A DNA stretch of 37,972 bases, taken from a virus. The translations under genes were made by a program, and so were the position numbers. A model generated the notes under the pieces. It worked only from the letters and a program-made list of their open reading frames with translations. It had not been told where the DNA came from and did not search any database. The DNA is taken from IMG/VR virus record IMGVR_UViG_3300045988_102451, positions 1-37,972 of that record. One strand, given 5' to 3'. Positions 16,283-26,511 of the stretch are shown here, piece by piece; the first letter of the stretch is position 1; each line of letters opens with the position of its first letter.

Positions 16283-17164
16283 ATGGCTAACACAATCGCA
16301 TTAGCAAAAAAATACACTCGTCTTGTTGATGAAAAATATCAAAAAGAGAGTTTAACAAATGATTTAACTAGCCCAGCTTCACTTGCTAAAGAAGGAGCAA
16401 ATGCAAAAGAAATCCTTTACAGACAAGTAGGAGTTAGTGGATTAGGAGATTATTCAAGAAATAGTGGTTATACAAACAATAGTGTAACTGTTGAATGGAA
16501 AACTGCTACATTTAATTATGATAGAGGTACTAAAATCACTTTAGATACTATGGATAATGAAGAAACAATGGGAGATACTTATTTAATCGCTCAAAATTCA
16601 TTACAAACTTATCAAGTAGCACCAGAAGGAGATGCTTTCACATTTGCTACAATCGCTAGCAAAGCTGGTATTTCTGTTTCAAACGCAGAAGGTGAAACAT
16701 TCGCTGATGGTGAAGCATTCTTAACTGCATTATTAAAAGGTGTTACAAAAATGGATGAAGACCAAGTTCCAGCAGAAAATAGAATTTTATATGCTACACC
16801 AACATTATTAAATAGTGTTATGGCACTTGATACTACTAAATCAAGAGAAGTATTGGGAAAATTTGCTAAAACTGTTGCAGTTCCACAAACTCGTTTCTAT
16901 ACTAAAATTGACTTATTAGATGGAAAATCAACTGGTGAAGAAATAGGTGGATTTAAGAAAGATACTACTGGTAAAGATATCAACTTTATGATTATCCACA
17001 AACCAGCTATTATCAAATTTGATAAACACGTTGTATCAGACGCAATTCCACCAGAATTAAATGCAGACGCTGACGCTTATATTTCTAAATATAGAAAATA
17101 TGGTTTAGTTGATGTATTTAACAACAAAACAGCTGGTATCTATATTTCATACAAAGCAGCATAA
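16283..17164 (+). CDS. Major capsid protein
   Basis: 293 aa after the scaffold gene, strong 'agagagga' RBS, codon usage of a highly expressed gene, A118/SPP1-like module order. Confidence 0.85.
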   Translation: MANTIALAKKYTRLVDEKYQKESLTNDLTSPASLAKEGANAKEILYRQVGVSGLGDYSRNSGYTNNSVTVEWKTATFNYDRGTKITLDTMDNEETMGDTYLIAQNSLQTYQVAPEGDAFTFATIASKAGISVSNAEGETFADGEAFLTALLKGVTKMDEDQVPAENRILYATPTLLNSVMALDTTKSREVLGKFAKTVAVPQTRFYTKIDLLDGKSTGEEIGGFKKDTTGKDINFMIIHKPAIIKFDKHVVSDAIPPELNADADAYISKYRKYGLVDVFNNKTAGIYISYKAA

Positions 17165-17176
17165 GGAGGTGTTAAT

Positions 17177-17296
17177 ATGAGAGTAGTAGGAATGGAACAC
17201 AAACCTACAAAAAAGGTTGAAACACCTAAAAAGGAAGAAATAAAAGAAGTTAAAAAGGTTGAAGAACCTAAAAAAACTTTTAGAAAAGAAGATTAA
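17177..17296 (+). CDS. Small lysine/glutamate-rich protein (39 aa, not in the ORF track)
   Basis: ATG 7 nt after 'aaggagg'. MRVVGMEHKPTKKVETPKKEEIKEVKKVEEPKKTFRKED. Confidence 0.4.
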   Translation: MRVVGMEHKPTKKVETPKKEEIKEVKKVEEPKKTFRKED

Positions 17297-17314
17297 TGAA
17301 AAGGAGGCATTTTA

Positions 17315-17710
17315 ATGGAGTTTGAAGGACAATATCTAACTTATCAAGAGTATAAAGCTCTAGGTGGAACTCTTGATGAAATGCCTTTTAATTTATTAGA
17401 ATTTAATGCTAGAATGAAAATTGATGAAAGAACATTTGGAAGATTAGTTGATAAAGGGCAAGAATATAAAGAAGTAAAATTGTGTGTTTATAATATGATT
17501 ACAACTTTAAATAGTTATAGTTCATATGATACACAAAATAAAGCTATTTCAAGTGAAAGCACTGATGGATATAGTATTTCATACGGAACACCACAAAAGT
17601 CTACTACTGATGCTAAAAATAGTGAATTAGAAGATGTTGTTGATACATATTTATCTAATTTGATTGTTGATGATGTTCCTGTGTTGTATAGAGGTGCAGA
17701 TGTTAGTTAA
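17315..17710 (+). CDS. Head-tail connector / adaptor protein
   Basis: 131 aa. Called from its position after the capsid gene. Confidence 0.6.
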   Translation: MEFEGQYLTYQEYKALGGTLDEMPFNLLEFNARMKIDERTFGRLVDKGQEYKEVKLCVYNMITTLNSYSSYDTQNKAISSESTDGYSISYGTPQKSTTDAKNSELEDVVDTYLSNLIVDDVPVLYRGADVS

Positions 17711-18047
17711 TTCAAGTTTAACTGTGTATCACAAGGTTGTTAAAAACCGTGAAGATACATGGGAGAAACATTTCTATAAAAATATATGGTGGTTTGGTGG
17801 CAAGGGTGCAAGTTTAAATAAAGGTTATGCCGAAGCGAACGATGTTCAAATTAGAATACCTTATGACTTGAACTCTAATCTAGACTACAATAATTTTGCG
17901 ATAGAAGATATTTTAGTCCAAGGCGAATATGAAGACATTGTTAGTGAGAATGATTTAAAAGATTTAAACATTCCATATTACAATATTACTTCCTTAAATA
18001 ATAATGTATTTGGCAATAACAAACATATTCATATAGGCGGTAAGTAA
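17700..18047 (+). CDS. Head closure / neck protein
   Basis: ATG at 17700 after a 'gaggtg' RBS, inside track ORF 17664..18047. Called from position. Confidence 0.55.
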   Translation: MLVNSSLTVYHKVVKNREDTWEKHFYKNIWWFGGKGASLNKGYAEANDVQIRIPYDLNSNLDYNNFAIEDILVQGEYEDIVSENDLKDLNIPYYNITSLNNNVFGNNKHIHIGGK

Positions 18048-18400
18048 TGCCAGTAAAAATGCAACCTACAAGTGTTATAAAAGCAAATTTAGGTATTGAA
18101 CCGAATGGCAAAGTGCATAAATTCTTTACACACACTTGCAGAATACATAATGACAAGTATGTTCCTTTTGATATAGGAACATTAGCAGACACCGTTACAG
18201 AAGAAACTAATTGCTATATTTATGAACAACCTTATGCACATTATGTTTATGAGGGAATTAGTAAAAATGGCAAACCTTTGAATTACCATACAGACAAACA
18301 CCCATTGGCTGGAAGGCATTGGGATAAACGAATGGTAAGTGCTGAAATACAAGACATTGTCAAAGAAGTACAAGACTTTATTGATAGAGGAGGTAAATAA
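18047..18400 (+). CDS. HK97 gp10-like neck/tail-joining protein
   Basis: 'DIGTLADTV' and 'YAHYVYEG' resemble the gp10-family motifs DTG.L and YA.YVE.G. Confidence 0.65.
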   Translation: MPVKMQPTSVIKANLGIEPNGKVHKFFTHTCRIHNDKYVPFDIGTLADTVTEETNCYIYEQPYAHYVYEGISKNGKPLNYHTDKHPLAGRHWDKRMVSAEIQDIVKEVQDFIDRGGK

Positions 18401-18840
18401 TGATTATTGATGTTGAAAATACAAGAATTGCTAAACTTGGCAAGTATTTAGAAACTATACTTGAAGAATTAAATAGCAAGTATAAAAAAATAAATGCCGA
18501 CTTTCTAGGAATAGATGTTAATAATTATTCGCTTGACAAAATACCTACTGCTAGTGTTATAGACCCTTATGTTGCAGGTGGAAGATTATGCAGAGATGTA
18601 TTTTCATTCAGAAGTAGAAATCCATATTCTAGCGACCGATTAAGTAATCTTAAAAACATAGGTTTTTTTGAAAGTTTTCAAAAAATAATATTTTCTAATA
18701 ATGATGAGGGCATTTTGCCTAAAATTGATGGAATAATAAGTATTGAATGTTTAAATCAAGGCACTTTCAATTATGCTGATGAAAGTATGAAAACTGCCGT
18801 GTTTGACATTCAAATACAAATTGAATACGAGGAGGATTAA
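18400..18840 (+). CDS. Tail completion / neck protein
   Basis: 146 aa, taATG coupling. Called from position. Confidence 0.55.
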   Translation: MIIDVENTRIAKLGKYLETILEELNSKYKKINADFLGIDVNNYSLDKIPTASVIDPYVAGGRLCRDVFSFRSRNPYSSDRLSNLKNIGFFESFQKIIFSNNDEGILPKIDGIISIECLNQGTFNYADESMKTAVFDIQIQIEYEED

Positions 18841-18841
18841 A

Positions 18842-19045
18842 ATGAAACCAATAAGAGTTATCAAAAATGGAAAATATCAAAATATATATATTTATGAAAA
18901 TGATATTATTGAACCAACAAAAGAAAATTTTGAAATGATAAAAATTTTAAATGAAAAAGGTTTTATTGAACCTCTAACTTTAAAAGAAATTAATGAAATT
19001 GAAAAATTTATTAATAAATCAAAATTTAAAAAAGAGGAGGAATAA
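18842..19045 (+). CDS. Hypothetical protein (67 aa)
   Basis: ATG at 18842 after a 'gaggagg' RBS, inside track ORF 18803..19045. Confidence 0.5.
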   Translation: MKPIRVIKNGKYQNIYIYENDIIEPTKENFEMIKILNEKGFIEPLTLKEINEIEKFINKSKFKKEEE

Positions 19046-19048
19046 TAA

Positions 19049-19552
19049 ATGCCAACATTAGTAAAAAGAAAAGAGATAATGTTATATCTTGATACTAAAC
19101 CTAATGATAGTGTAAGTTCACCTACTTGGGGTTTATATGGTAAGAAATCAACAACTGCGACTTATACTTATAATCCAAGTTCAACAAGTGAAACTTATAT
19201 AACTGATGATAATGCAACTGTTACATTAGATAGCTATAATGTTACAATTGATGGTAATATGAAATGTTATTTTGGTGATGCAATCTATGATTTTATAAAT
19301 GGATTAAGATATAATTTAGCAATTGGTAGTGATGCAATTACTAAAGCATTATTAATTGATAAATATGACAAATCAAGTGATAATTCATTTAAAGCACAAA
19401 CTTTCGATTGCACTATATCTATTGAAAGTTATGGAGGAGATGGGGGTGTTACACCAAATATAACATTTACAATCGGGTTAAATGGCGACCCAACACAAGG
19501 AAGCGTTACATTTACAGGAGAAACACCAACATTTACACCAACTGTTAGCTAA
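19049..19552 (+). CDS. Major tail protein
   Basis: 167 aa, Thr/Ser-rich and beta-type composition, followed by a terminator and then the chaperone and tape measure genes. Confidence 0.75.
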   Translation: MPTLVKRKEIMLYLDTKPNDSVSSPTWGLYGKKSTTATYTYNPSSTSETYITDDNATVTLDSYNVTIDGNMKCYFGDAIYDFINGLRYNLAIGSDAITKALLIDKYDKSSDNSFKAQTFDCTISIESYGGDGGVTPNITFTIGLNGDPTQGSVTFTGETPTFTPTVS

Positions 19553-19565
19553 TAATAAAACCTTT

Positions 19566-19597
19566 AAGAGTGGGAGGCAAATTCTCACTCTTTTATT
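19566..19597 (+). terminator. Intrinsic terminator after the major tail gene
   Basis: About 10-bp stem 19566-19575 / 19583-19592, followed by 'ttttatt'. Confidence 0.65.
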
Positions 19598-19717
19598 GAT
19601 ATGACATTGTGTCGTACTACCCCTACTCTAGTTAAAAAAGCAATAGGGAAGTAGTCAATTATTTTATATTAATAGTAATAATATAATAATCATAACAAAA
19701 AATAAGGAGTGATAATA

Positions 19718-20158
19718 ATGGAAAAATTAAATCTTGAAAGAAACAAAGATGATTTTTATATACTTGAAGTAAATGACAAGGGAGATACAATTGAATTTGA
19801 TTTGACTGACATAGGATTACCTGAAAGAATATTAAAAGCAAGCGAATTAATAGCAAAATTAGATAAAGAATATAACGAGGAAATTATTAAATTGTCAAAG
19901 AAAGAAAATGATATTGAAAGAACAAAAGAAATTATAAAACTCGAAAAAACTAAATGCTTAGAAATGCGAGAAGCATTTGATGGCTTTTTAGGTGAAAACG
20001 CTTGTCAAAAAATATTTGGGGATAAAAATTATTATGGGATGTTTGTTCAATTGTTCGATGCATTAGAGCCACATTTCAACAAAATGAAAATAAAAACGCA
20101 AAAAGCAAAACATAAATTAGCAAGTAAATATATTTCAAAAGATGAGGAAATAATGTAA
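19718..20158 (+). CDS. Tail assembly chaperone
   Basis: ATG at 19718 after an 'aaggag' RBS. Acidic 146-aa protein between the major tail and tape measure genes. Confidence 0.6.
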   Translation: MEKLNLERNKDDFYILEVNDKGDTIEFDLTDIGLPERILKASELIAKLDKEYNEEIIKLSKKENDIERTKEIIKLEKTKCLEMREAFDGFLGENACQKIFGDKNYYGMFVQLFDALEPHFNKMKIKTQKAKHKLASKYISKDEEIM

Positions 20159-20159
20159 A

Positions 20160-20714
20160 ATGTATCCAACAAAAATGGAAGCAAATGGGCACATATATAA
20201 GATTAACACTGATTATAGGATTGCATTGGCATGTTTTAAAGCAATTTATGACTCCGAAATAAATGATGTTGAAAGATTTTATGCTGTTGAAACTTTATTA
20301 TTGGGCGAAAATGTTTTGGAAGAAGATGAAAAAATATTACAAAATAAAATTGAAAAATATTTAAGATGCGGTAAAAATGATAACATAAACGAAGAGGAAA
20401 AAAATTTTGATTATATACAAGATGAAGAGATAACTAGAACAAGTATAAGACAATGTTATCATCTTAATTTAAATGAAATCCCTTATATGCATTGGTATGA
20501 ATATAACGAATTAATAAGTGGCTTAACAAATGAAAGTTTATTAAATAATATTCGTGATTTGAGGAATTATGATTTAAGCGAAGTTACTGATGAAAAGCAA
20601 AAACAAAAAATAATTAAAGCACAAGAAAGAGTGGCATTAAAAGAAATACATATAAAAACAAAGGAAGAAAAAGAGATAGATGAATTTTGGGAAAATATAG
20701 TGGGAGGTGATTAA
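20160..20714 (+). CDS. Gp15-like tail assembly protein
   Basis: 'YKINTDYRIALACFKAIYDSEINDVERFYAVETLLLG' resembles the phage Gp15 family. Sits immediately upstream of the tape measure gene. Confidence 0.6.
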   Translation: MYPTKMEANGHIYKINTDYRIALACFKAIYDSEINDVERFYAVETLLLGENVLEEDEKILQNKIEKYLRCGKNDNINEEEKNFDYIQDEEITRTSIRQCYHLNLNEIPYMHWYEYNELISGLTNESLLNNIRDLRNYDLSEVTDEKQKQKIIKAQERVALKEIHIKTKEEKEIDEFWENIVGGD

Positions 20715-20715
20715 T

Positions 20716-22521
20716 ATGAATAATTATGATGGCAAAATAGTTATAGGAACTGAAATTAATACAAAACAATTTGATGCTCAAATAAAAGTTCTTAAAAACA
20801 AACTGAATGATATTGAATCATCATTACAAATGGCAAGTAAAGATAAAACATTATTTTCTACTCGTGAAATTGAAGAAATGGAGGCAGAAGCAGAAAACCT
20901 AAGAAATAAAATAGGGTCTTTACAAGGGGATTTTAAAAAGACAAATAAAGAAACTTCTAAAGGGTTTGATAAAGGCATAAAATCATTAAAAAGATTTGCA
21001 TTGTCGTTGTTTAGTGTTGGCTCGATTTTCGCTGGTGTTTCAAAAGCAAGTTCTGCTTGGCTGTCACAAGATACAGAATTGGCACAAAAATTACAAAATG
21101 TATGGATAGGATTAGGGGCTTTAGTTTCTCCAATAATTGAAAATATAAGCAATTTAATGCTAAAAGCTTTAGGTTATTTAAACGAGTTTGTAAAAGCATT
21201 GAGTGGTGGTAGAATAGACTTTATAGCAAAAGCAAATGCTAAAGCTCTAGAAAAACAAACGAAAGCACAAGCAAAATTAAACAAAGAAACACAACAATAT
21301 GATTTTGATGTTATTAGAAGACAACAAAATATAAGTTCAACTAGTGCAGGCGAAGGAATAGATACAAGTGGTTTGATTAATATACCTGAATTAAATGAAA
21401 ATATTGTTAAAAGGTTACAAGATATGGCTAAATGGTTAAAAGAAAATTGGTATTGGATAAAAGAAGTTGGAAAAGCAATATTATTGGTATTTGGAATAAA
21501 AGCAATCGAAAATATATTAAAAAATATAGGATTATTAATAGGAAGTAAATCATCGCTTACTGGAATTGCTGGTTTAACTGAACTTTTAAAAGTTTTAGCA
21601 ACTATTGGTGTTATAACAATAGGAGTAGATATATTATATAGCGGGATAACTGGAAGAGATTTAGTACAAGATTTAAAAAATATTTTGAAAGGTTTTGAAG
21701 AATTAAAAGGAGCACATAAACAAAATACAAAAACGTCAAAGGGACTTACAGAACAATCTAAGAATTTAAGTTCCACGATAGATAAGCTAGGAGAAAATGG
21801 AGAATTAACAGGTGAAAAATTACAACACACTATAAAAGCATTAGAAGTAACCAAAAATAATTCGTTAGATTTATTTGAAACTATGGAAAGAAGTAAAACT
21901 TTCTTTGGAAATTTTAATGGTGATAACAAAGAAGTGAAAAAAGGACAAGAAGAAGTAGCAGAACAGTTGAAAATAACTACAAATGATTATAAAAAATTAT
22001 ATGAACAAGGTTTATTAAACGATACTCAATCAAAAGATTACGAAGAAACCCTTGGTTTGCAAATAATAATAATGGATAAACTAGGAAAAGAAACTCAAAA
22101 TTTAAAAACTGATTATGAGAAATTAACTGGTAAAACTTGGACAATAAAAATTGAAAGAGAAATTACTGATAAATATAGTGGATTAAATTATAAAGCTAGT
22201 AACAAAGGAGCTTTTATAGAGGGACTAGAAAATTTATTTAAACCATTGGGTAATCTTTTTATTCCATTATTTCGTAACCAGAGAAAAATGGCACAAGGTG
22301 GGATTGTAACTCAACCAACAAGAGCACTAATTGGTGAAGCGGGATATCCAGAAGCAGTAGTTCCACTTACAGATAATTATTTAAAAACTTTAGCAAATTT
22401 AATCGGACAATATAATAGTGGTAGTGGTCAAAATGTAACAAATGTTTATTTAAATGGTCGATTAATTCAAAGAGAAATAAGTAAAACGCAAGATAAAATA
22501 AATTTTGCAACAAATAAGTAG
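20716..22521 (+). CDS. Tape measure protein
   Basis: 601 aa, coiled-coil plus hydrophobic segments. C-terminal 'GGIVTQPTRALIGEAGYPEAVVPL' motif is typical of tape measure proteins. Confidence 0.85.
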   Translation: MNNYDGKIVIGTEINTKQFDAQIKVLKNKLNDIESSLQMASKDKTLFSTREIEEMEAEAENLRNKIGSLQGDFKKTNKETSKGFDKGIKSLKRFALSLFSVGSIFAGVSKASSAWLSQDTELAQKLQNVWIGLGALVSPIIENISNLMLKALGYLNEFVKALSGGRIDFIAKANAKALEKQTKAQAKLNKETQQYDFDVIRRQQNISSTSAGEGIDTSGLINIPELNENIVKRLQDMAKWLKENWYWIKEVGKAILLVFGIKAIENILKNIGLLIGSKSSLTGIAGLTELLKVLATIGVITIGVDILYSGITGRDLVQDLKNILKGFEELKGAHKQNTKTSKGLTEQSKNLSSTIDKLGENGELTGEKLQHTIKALEVTKNNSLDLFETMERSKTFFGNFNGDNKEVKKGQEEVAEQLKITTNDYKKLYEQGLLNDTQSKDYEETLGLQIIIMDKLGKETQNLKTDYEKLTGKTWTIKIEREITDKYSGLNYKASNKGAFIEGLENLFKPLGNLFIPLFRNQRKMAQGGIVTQPTRALIGEAGYPEAVVPLTDNYLKTLANLIGQYNSGSGQNVTNVYLNGRLIQREISKTQDKINFATNK

Positions 22522-22529
22522 GAGGTAAC

Positions 22530-22904
22530 ATGTTTATAGACAAAGATAGTTTAATCATAAATGGGCTAAATATGGGGAAGTATATAACCGAAGCAACTTA
22601 TGGTTTTTATGATACTTGGTCAAGTGATGCGGGTTATAATACTTTGAGTGGCGATTTTACAGGTACATTCAAAGGAACATATCCAAAAATAAGTGTCAAA
22701 TTTGCCAAAAGTCTTACTATTGACCAAATCAAAGAACTTACTGCAAAAATATTTAGAACTACTACTCAAACAATAACTTATGATGACCCAGATGGAACTA
22801 GGAAAACAATTAAAACTCATAAAGGAGATTTAGTAATGGTTTTTACAGGAATTAAAAAGAAAGGAGCATTTTCTTATGAATTTGTTTCTAATAAGAAAAT
22901 ATAG
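22530..22904 (+). CDS. Distal tail protein-like (short form)
   Basis: Position between the tape measure and Tal genes. Only 124 aa. Confidence 0.5.
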   Translation: MFIDKDSLIINGLNMGKYITEATYGFYDTWSSDAGYNTLSGDFTGTFKGTYPKISVKFAKSLTIDQIKELTAKIFRTTTQTITYDDPDGTRKTIKTHKGDLVMVFTGIKKKGAFSYEFVSNKKI

Positions 22905-22913
22905 TTTAATAAA

Positions 22914-25337
22914 ATGAAAAATTTTAGTAAAAATTTTAGAGAAAATTTAAGAGAAGTAAGAGAAATAAATGCCATAATATCTTATTATGAAAATGATAAA
23001 TATTTAATATTGGCAACTGAAAGCGAAGAAAATCTTACAACTGAAAATAGTGATTTTATAGTAACACAAAATTTAAAAAATAATTTCTCAGGTGAAAGCA
23101 TAATAAGAATTAATCCTAGTTTTAATGTTGATTTGTTCAAAAGTGTATGTAAAAGTTTAGAAGCCGAAATTAAAAATAAAATTCCAATTAATACCAAAAT
23201 TAATGTTAGAGTTGGTGTAAAAGTTAATGGGAAATATGAGTACCTTGATTATGGCAATTATTTTGTAAGAAAATGTTCTTATCAAGCCGATAGTCAAACT
23301 TATTTAATAATTGCATATGACAAAATGTATCAAAGTATGATTTCTTATGATGAAAACAACGCAAATATTACTTATCCTATTTCAATTAAGAATTTGTTAA
23401 TTAAAATTTGTAATTATTTAAAATGGGATTATGATTTTGGAGAATTTGTTAATCAAAATAAAATAATAAATAAAGATTTATTTAAAGGGCAAGGTTTAAC
23501 ATATAGGGATATATTAGACAATATTTCACAAGTTATTGTTGGGAATTTAATGTTCGATGACAAAGACAATTTAATAGTTAAATATATAAATAATCCTAGT
23601 GAAAATGATATCGAAGTAAATGAACATGATTTAAGAAATATAAATGTCGAAATAACAGAAAAATATGGAATTGTAAATGCTTTATTAATAACTACAAATG
23701 GAAATGTTGTGTTAAATAATAAATTAGATAATACTTCTATACAAAAAAATGGTAAAACCGAATTAAAAATAAATGATAATTATATATTGATAAATAATAG
23801 TGATGATTTTATCAACGATATGTTTGATAAAGTTAATGGGCTCGAGTATTATATATATGATGTTGATACGATTGGGGTTTTAGTTCTTGACCCACTCGAT
23901 AGATTTAATATAAAAATAAATGATACTACCTATTCCACTTTAATGCTTAATGATGATACGCAAATCGATACTGGAATAGTTGAAAAGTGTTATGCTGATA
24001 AACCAGAATTAAATGTAAGTGAATACAAACCCACAAATGCTAATGAAAATAAATTGAATAATGCTGTTATTAGTCTTGATAAAGCAAATGCTGAAATTGT
24101 AATGAAAGTCACAGGCGATGGCAAATTGGCACAAGTCAGACTTGATGGCAACGCAAGTGATGGAAGTGTTGTAGAAATTCAAGCGGACAATATCAACATG
24201 AAAGGTGTTGTAAATGCAATAAATGATGGAACAACCACAATAAATGGTAGCAAAATAACAACTGGTACAATTACTGCAAACCAAATTCAAAGTGGAACTA
24301 TTACTGCTGACAAAGTTTCGAGTGATATAATTACTACAACTAATTTTAATGCTCAAAATATTAATGCTAATAAAATAACAAGTGGAACTTTATCTACTAA
24401 TAGATTAGAAAGCAAGGTTATTACAACTGATAATTTCTCGGCTCAAAATATTAATGCTAATAAAATAACAAGTGGAGCAATAACTACTGCTGGAATAGAT
24501 GTTGCTAATTCAACAGGTTTTTTAAGAATGTTATATGCTAATTGGGCTAATCATCCATATGTGAGTGCTTTAAATGTTGCAGGACAACTTAATTATCCTG
24601 ATAAAAACGGAATAAATTCTAGTATAAGTTTTAGAAGCAAAGAATTTAAAGAAAATACAGGTTCTCAAGTTGGATTTATAACTTTTGGTAAATTAGGGGA
24701 CGGAATTATTGGGGCTTCAGGCAATTTAAGACTTATTAGCAATGACCAAATTTATATTGGGCAATTAACTATAAAAGGCACAACTTTATATGGAGATTAT
24801 ACAGGAAGTCCTAGTGAAACAGATGTTACTGGAAAACCATATATAACACAATTTAATAATACATATATTAATCCAAGATTGCGTGCGTATATTGGTGGTG
24901 AGTCGACAGACTCAAACTTAATATTAACTAAGGGAGGTTCACCATCATCAAAAAATTTAAAAACGAATATTAAATTGATAACAGAATACGAAAATATTTA
25001 TAATGATTTTAAAAAAATAAATTTTTACACATACGATTATAAATATAAAGGAATAAATGATAAAAATAATGATTTTGGTTTTATAATTGATGAAATAGAA
25101 GAAAATGAAACATTGTCCAAATATTATAAAAACTATTCAAAAGAAGGTTATATAGATAAGGACAAAAATATGTTCCCTAAAAGAGAAGGCATGATATATA
25201 AAAATATGGAATATATAAATTACAAAGTGTGGGATAGAGACGCTTATCTTAAAATGAATATGGTATTGATAAAATCACTTCAAAATAAAATCGAAGAATT
25301 AGAAAAAAGAATAAAAGAAATGGAGGAAAGTAAATGA
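22914..25337 (+). CDS. Tail-associated protein / tail fibre with a C-terminal S74-type intramolecular chaperone domain
   Basis: 807 aa. 30-aa repeats 'NF.AQNINANKITSG'. C-terminal 'SSKNLKTNIKLI...INFYTYDYK...FGFIIDEIE' resembles the endosialidase chaperone (peptidase S74). Confidence 0.8.
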   Translation: MKNFSKNFRENLREVREINAIISYYENDKYLILATESEENLTTENSDFIVTQNLKNNFSGESIIRINPSFNVDLFKSVCKSLEAEIKNKIPINTKINVRVGVKVNGKYEYLDYGNYFVRKCSYQADSQTYLIIAYDKMYQSMISYDENNANITYPISIKNLLIKICNYLKWDYDFGEFVNQNKIINKDLFKGQGLTYRDILDNISQVIVGNLMFDDKDNLIVKYINNPSENDIEVNEHDLRNINVEITEKYGIVNALLITTNGNVVLNNKLDNTSIQKNGKTELKINDNYILINNSDDFINDMFDKVNGLEYYIYDVDTIGVLVLDPLDRFNIKINDTTYSTLMLNDDTQIDTGIVEKCYADKPELNVSEYKPTNANENKLNNAVISLDKANAEIVMKVTGDGKLAQVRLDGNASDGSVVEIQADNINMKGVVNAINDGTTTINGSKITTGTITANQIQSGTITADKVSSDIITTTNFNAQNINANKITSGTLSTNRLESKVITTDNFSAQNINANKITSGAITTAGIDVANSTGFLRMLYANWANHPYVSALNVAGQLNYPDKNGINSSISFRSKEFKENTGSQVGFITFGKLGDGIIGASGNLRLISNDQIYIGQLTIKGTTLYGDYTGSPSETDVTGKPYITQFNNTYINPRLRAYIGGESTDSNLILTKGGSPSSKNLKTNIKLITEYENIYNDFKKINFYTYDYKYKGINDKNNDFGFIIDEIEENETLSKYYKNYSKEGYIDKDKNMFPKREGMIYKNMEYINYKVWDRDAYLKMNMVLIKSLQNKIEELEKRIKEMEESK
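24351..24476 (+). repeat. Two perfect 36-nt direct repeats spaced exactly 90 nt apart inside the fibre gene
   Basis: gctcaaaatattaatgctaataaaataacaagtgga occurs at 24351-24386 and 24441-24476. Confidence 0.95.
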
Positions 25338-25678
25338 TAAAAGTGTCAATAAGTTTATTAAGTGTAATGATAGCGAATGTATTATTAGGAGTAACATTAG
25401 CAAAATTAAAACAAAAATTTAAAAAAGAAAAACTGTTAAATGGTTTGGTCAAGTATTTGGGAATATTTTTAGGAATATCACTTGTGTATCTAGCAGGTTA
25501 TTTAAATCCAAATATTATAGTCGCAAATATAAATAATGTGGAAGTTAATTTAATGACTGGCATAGAAGTTTTATTTATATCAGGTATAGTTTATTATGGT
25601 ATACAAGATTTAATTAAATTGAAGAACTTGTTAGGATTATCAAATGATATTACTCCCACCGATGAAGGAAGAGGGTAG
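25334..25678 (+). CDS. Holin (holin_4_1 / TcdE-like pattern)
   Basis: 114 aa, three TM segments, 'LLGVTLAKLKQKFKKEKLLNGLVKYLGIFLGISLVY', immediately upstream of the lysin gene. Confidence 0.7.
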   Translation: MIKVSISLLSVMIANVLLGVTLAKLKQKFKKEKLLNGLVKYLGIFLGISLVYLAGYLNPNIIVANINNVEVNLMTGIEVLFISGIVYYGIQDLIKLKNLLGLSNDITPTDEGRG

Positions 25679-25679
25679 T

Positions 25680-26507
25680 ATGAATAAGTATAATGCAGAA
25701 AGATTATTTCATACCCTTGATGATATATTCATATCTAGTCCTTACTCAAATAGGATAAGCCCAATAACAGGTGATAGGGAATTTCATGAAGGTGTAGATT
25801 ATTCAGCAAACGGAAAATCAATACCGATATATGCGTTGGACGATGGAGAAGTATTATATGAGGGATACGACAATTCAACAGGTGCAATAATATGTTATAT
25901 AAGATTTCCTAAATTAGATAATCATGTGGGGCTTTATTATCATTTAGCAAATACTGTAATTAATAAAGGCGATAAAGTAACAAAGGATACTAAAATAGGA
26001 ATGATGGGAAGTACAGGATATTCAACAGGAAATCATTTACATTTTGATTGGTTCAAATATAGTGATTATAATAAAGGTTTTTATGATAGAGAATATGAAG
26101 ATTTTAACGAGTATATATTCCCTGAAAACAGAATAAAAGTAACTGCTCCAGTAGAAAGAAATGAAAATATCAATCAGATAAGAGTAATAGTCGATAATTT
26201 ACGAGTTAGAACATCTAGTAGTATAAATAGTAGTGTAATCGGTTTCGTTCAAAATAAGGGCATTTATAACGATTTAGAGGTATGCAAAGAAAATAACTAT
26301 ACTTGGCATAGAATTGCTGACAATCAGTGGATAGCAGATAATGAAGAATGGTTAGAAATATTGCCAATCACAGATTATAAAAAATTATACGAAAAAAGTT
26401 TAAAAGAAATAGAACAATTGAAAAACATTAATAATAATTTATCAAGCAATATGTTAAAATTAAAAGATAAATTAAAACAAATACATGAGTTATCAAAAGG
26501 AGAGTGA
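25680..26507 (+). CDS. M23 peptidase with a C-terminal SH3-like wall-binding domain (endolysin or virion-associated lysin)
   Basis: 'HEGVDY' (HxxxD) and 'GSTGYSTGNHLHFD' (HxH). C-terminal 'LRVRTSSSINSSVIGFV...YTWHRI' is SH3-like. ATG at 25680 follows 'gaagaggg'. Confidence 0.85.
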   Translation: MNKYNAERLFHTLDDIFISSPYSNRISPITGDREFHEGVDYSANGKSIPIYALDDGEVLYEGYDNSTGAIICYIRFPKLDNHVGLYYHLANTVINKGDKVTKDTKIGMMGSTGYSTGNHLHFDWFKYSDYNKGFYDREYEDFNEYIFPENRIKVTAPVERNENINQIRVIVDNLRVRTSSSINSSVIGFVQNKGIYNDLEVCKENNYTWHRIADNQWIADNEEWLEILPITDYKKLYEKSLKEIEQLKNINNNLSSNMLKLKDKLKQIHELSKGE

Positions 26508-26511
26508 TTGT

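Noticed and set aside
19718-20714. Programmed -1 frameshift between the two tail chaperone genes
   Set aside because: The second gene has its own ATG one nt after the first stop. I saw no slippery heptamer (XXXYYYZ) near the end of the first ORF.
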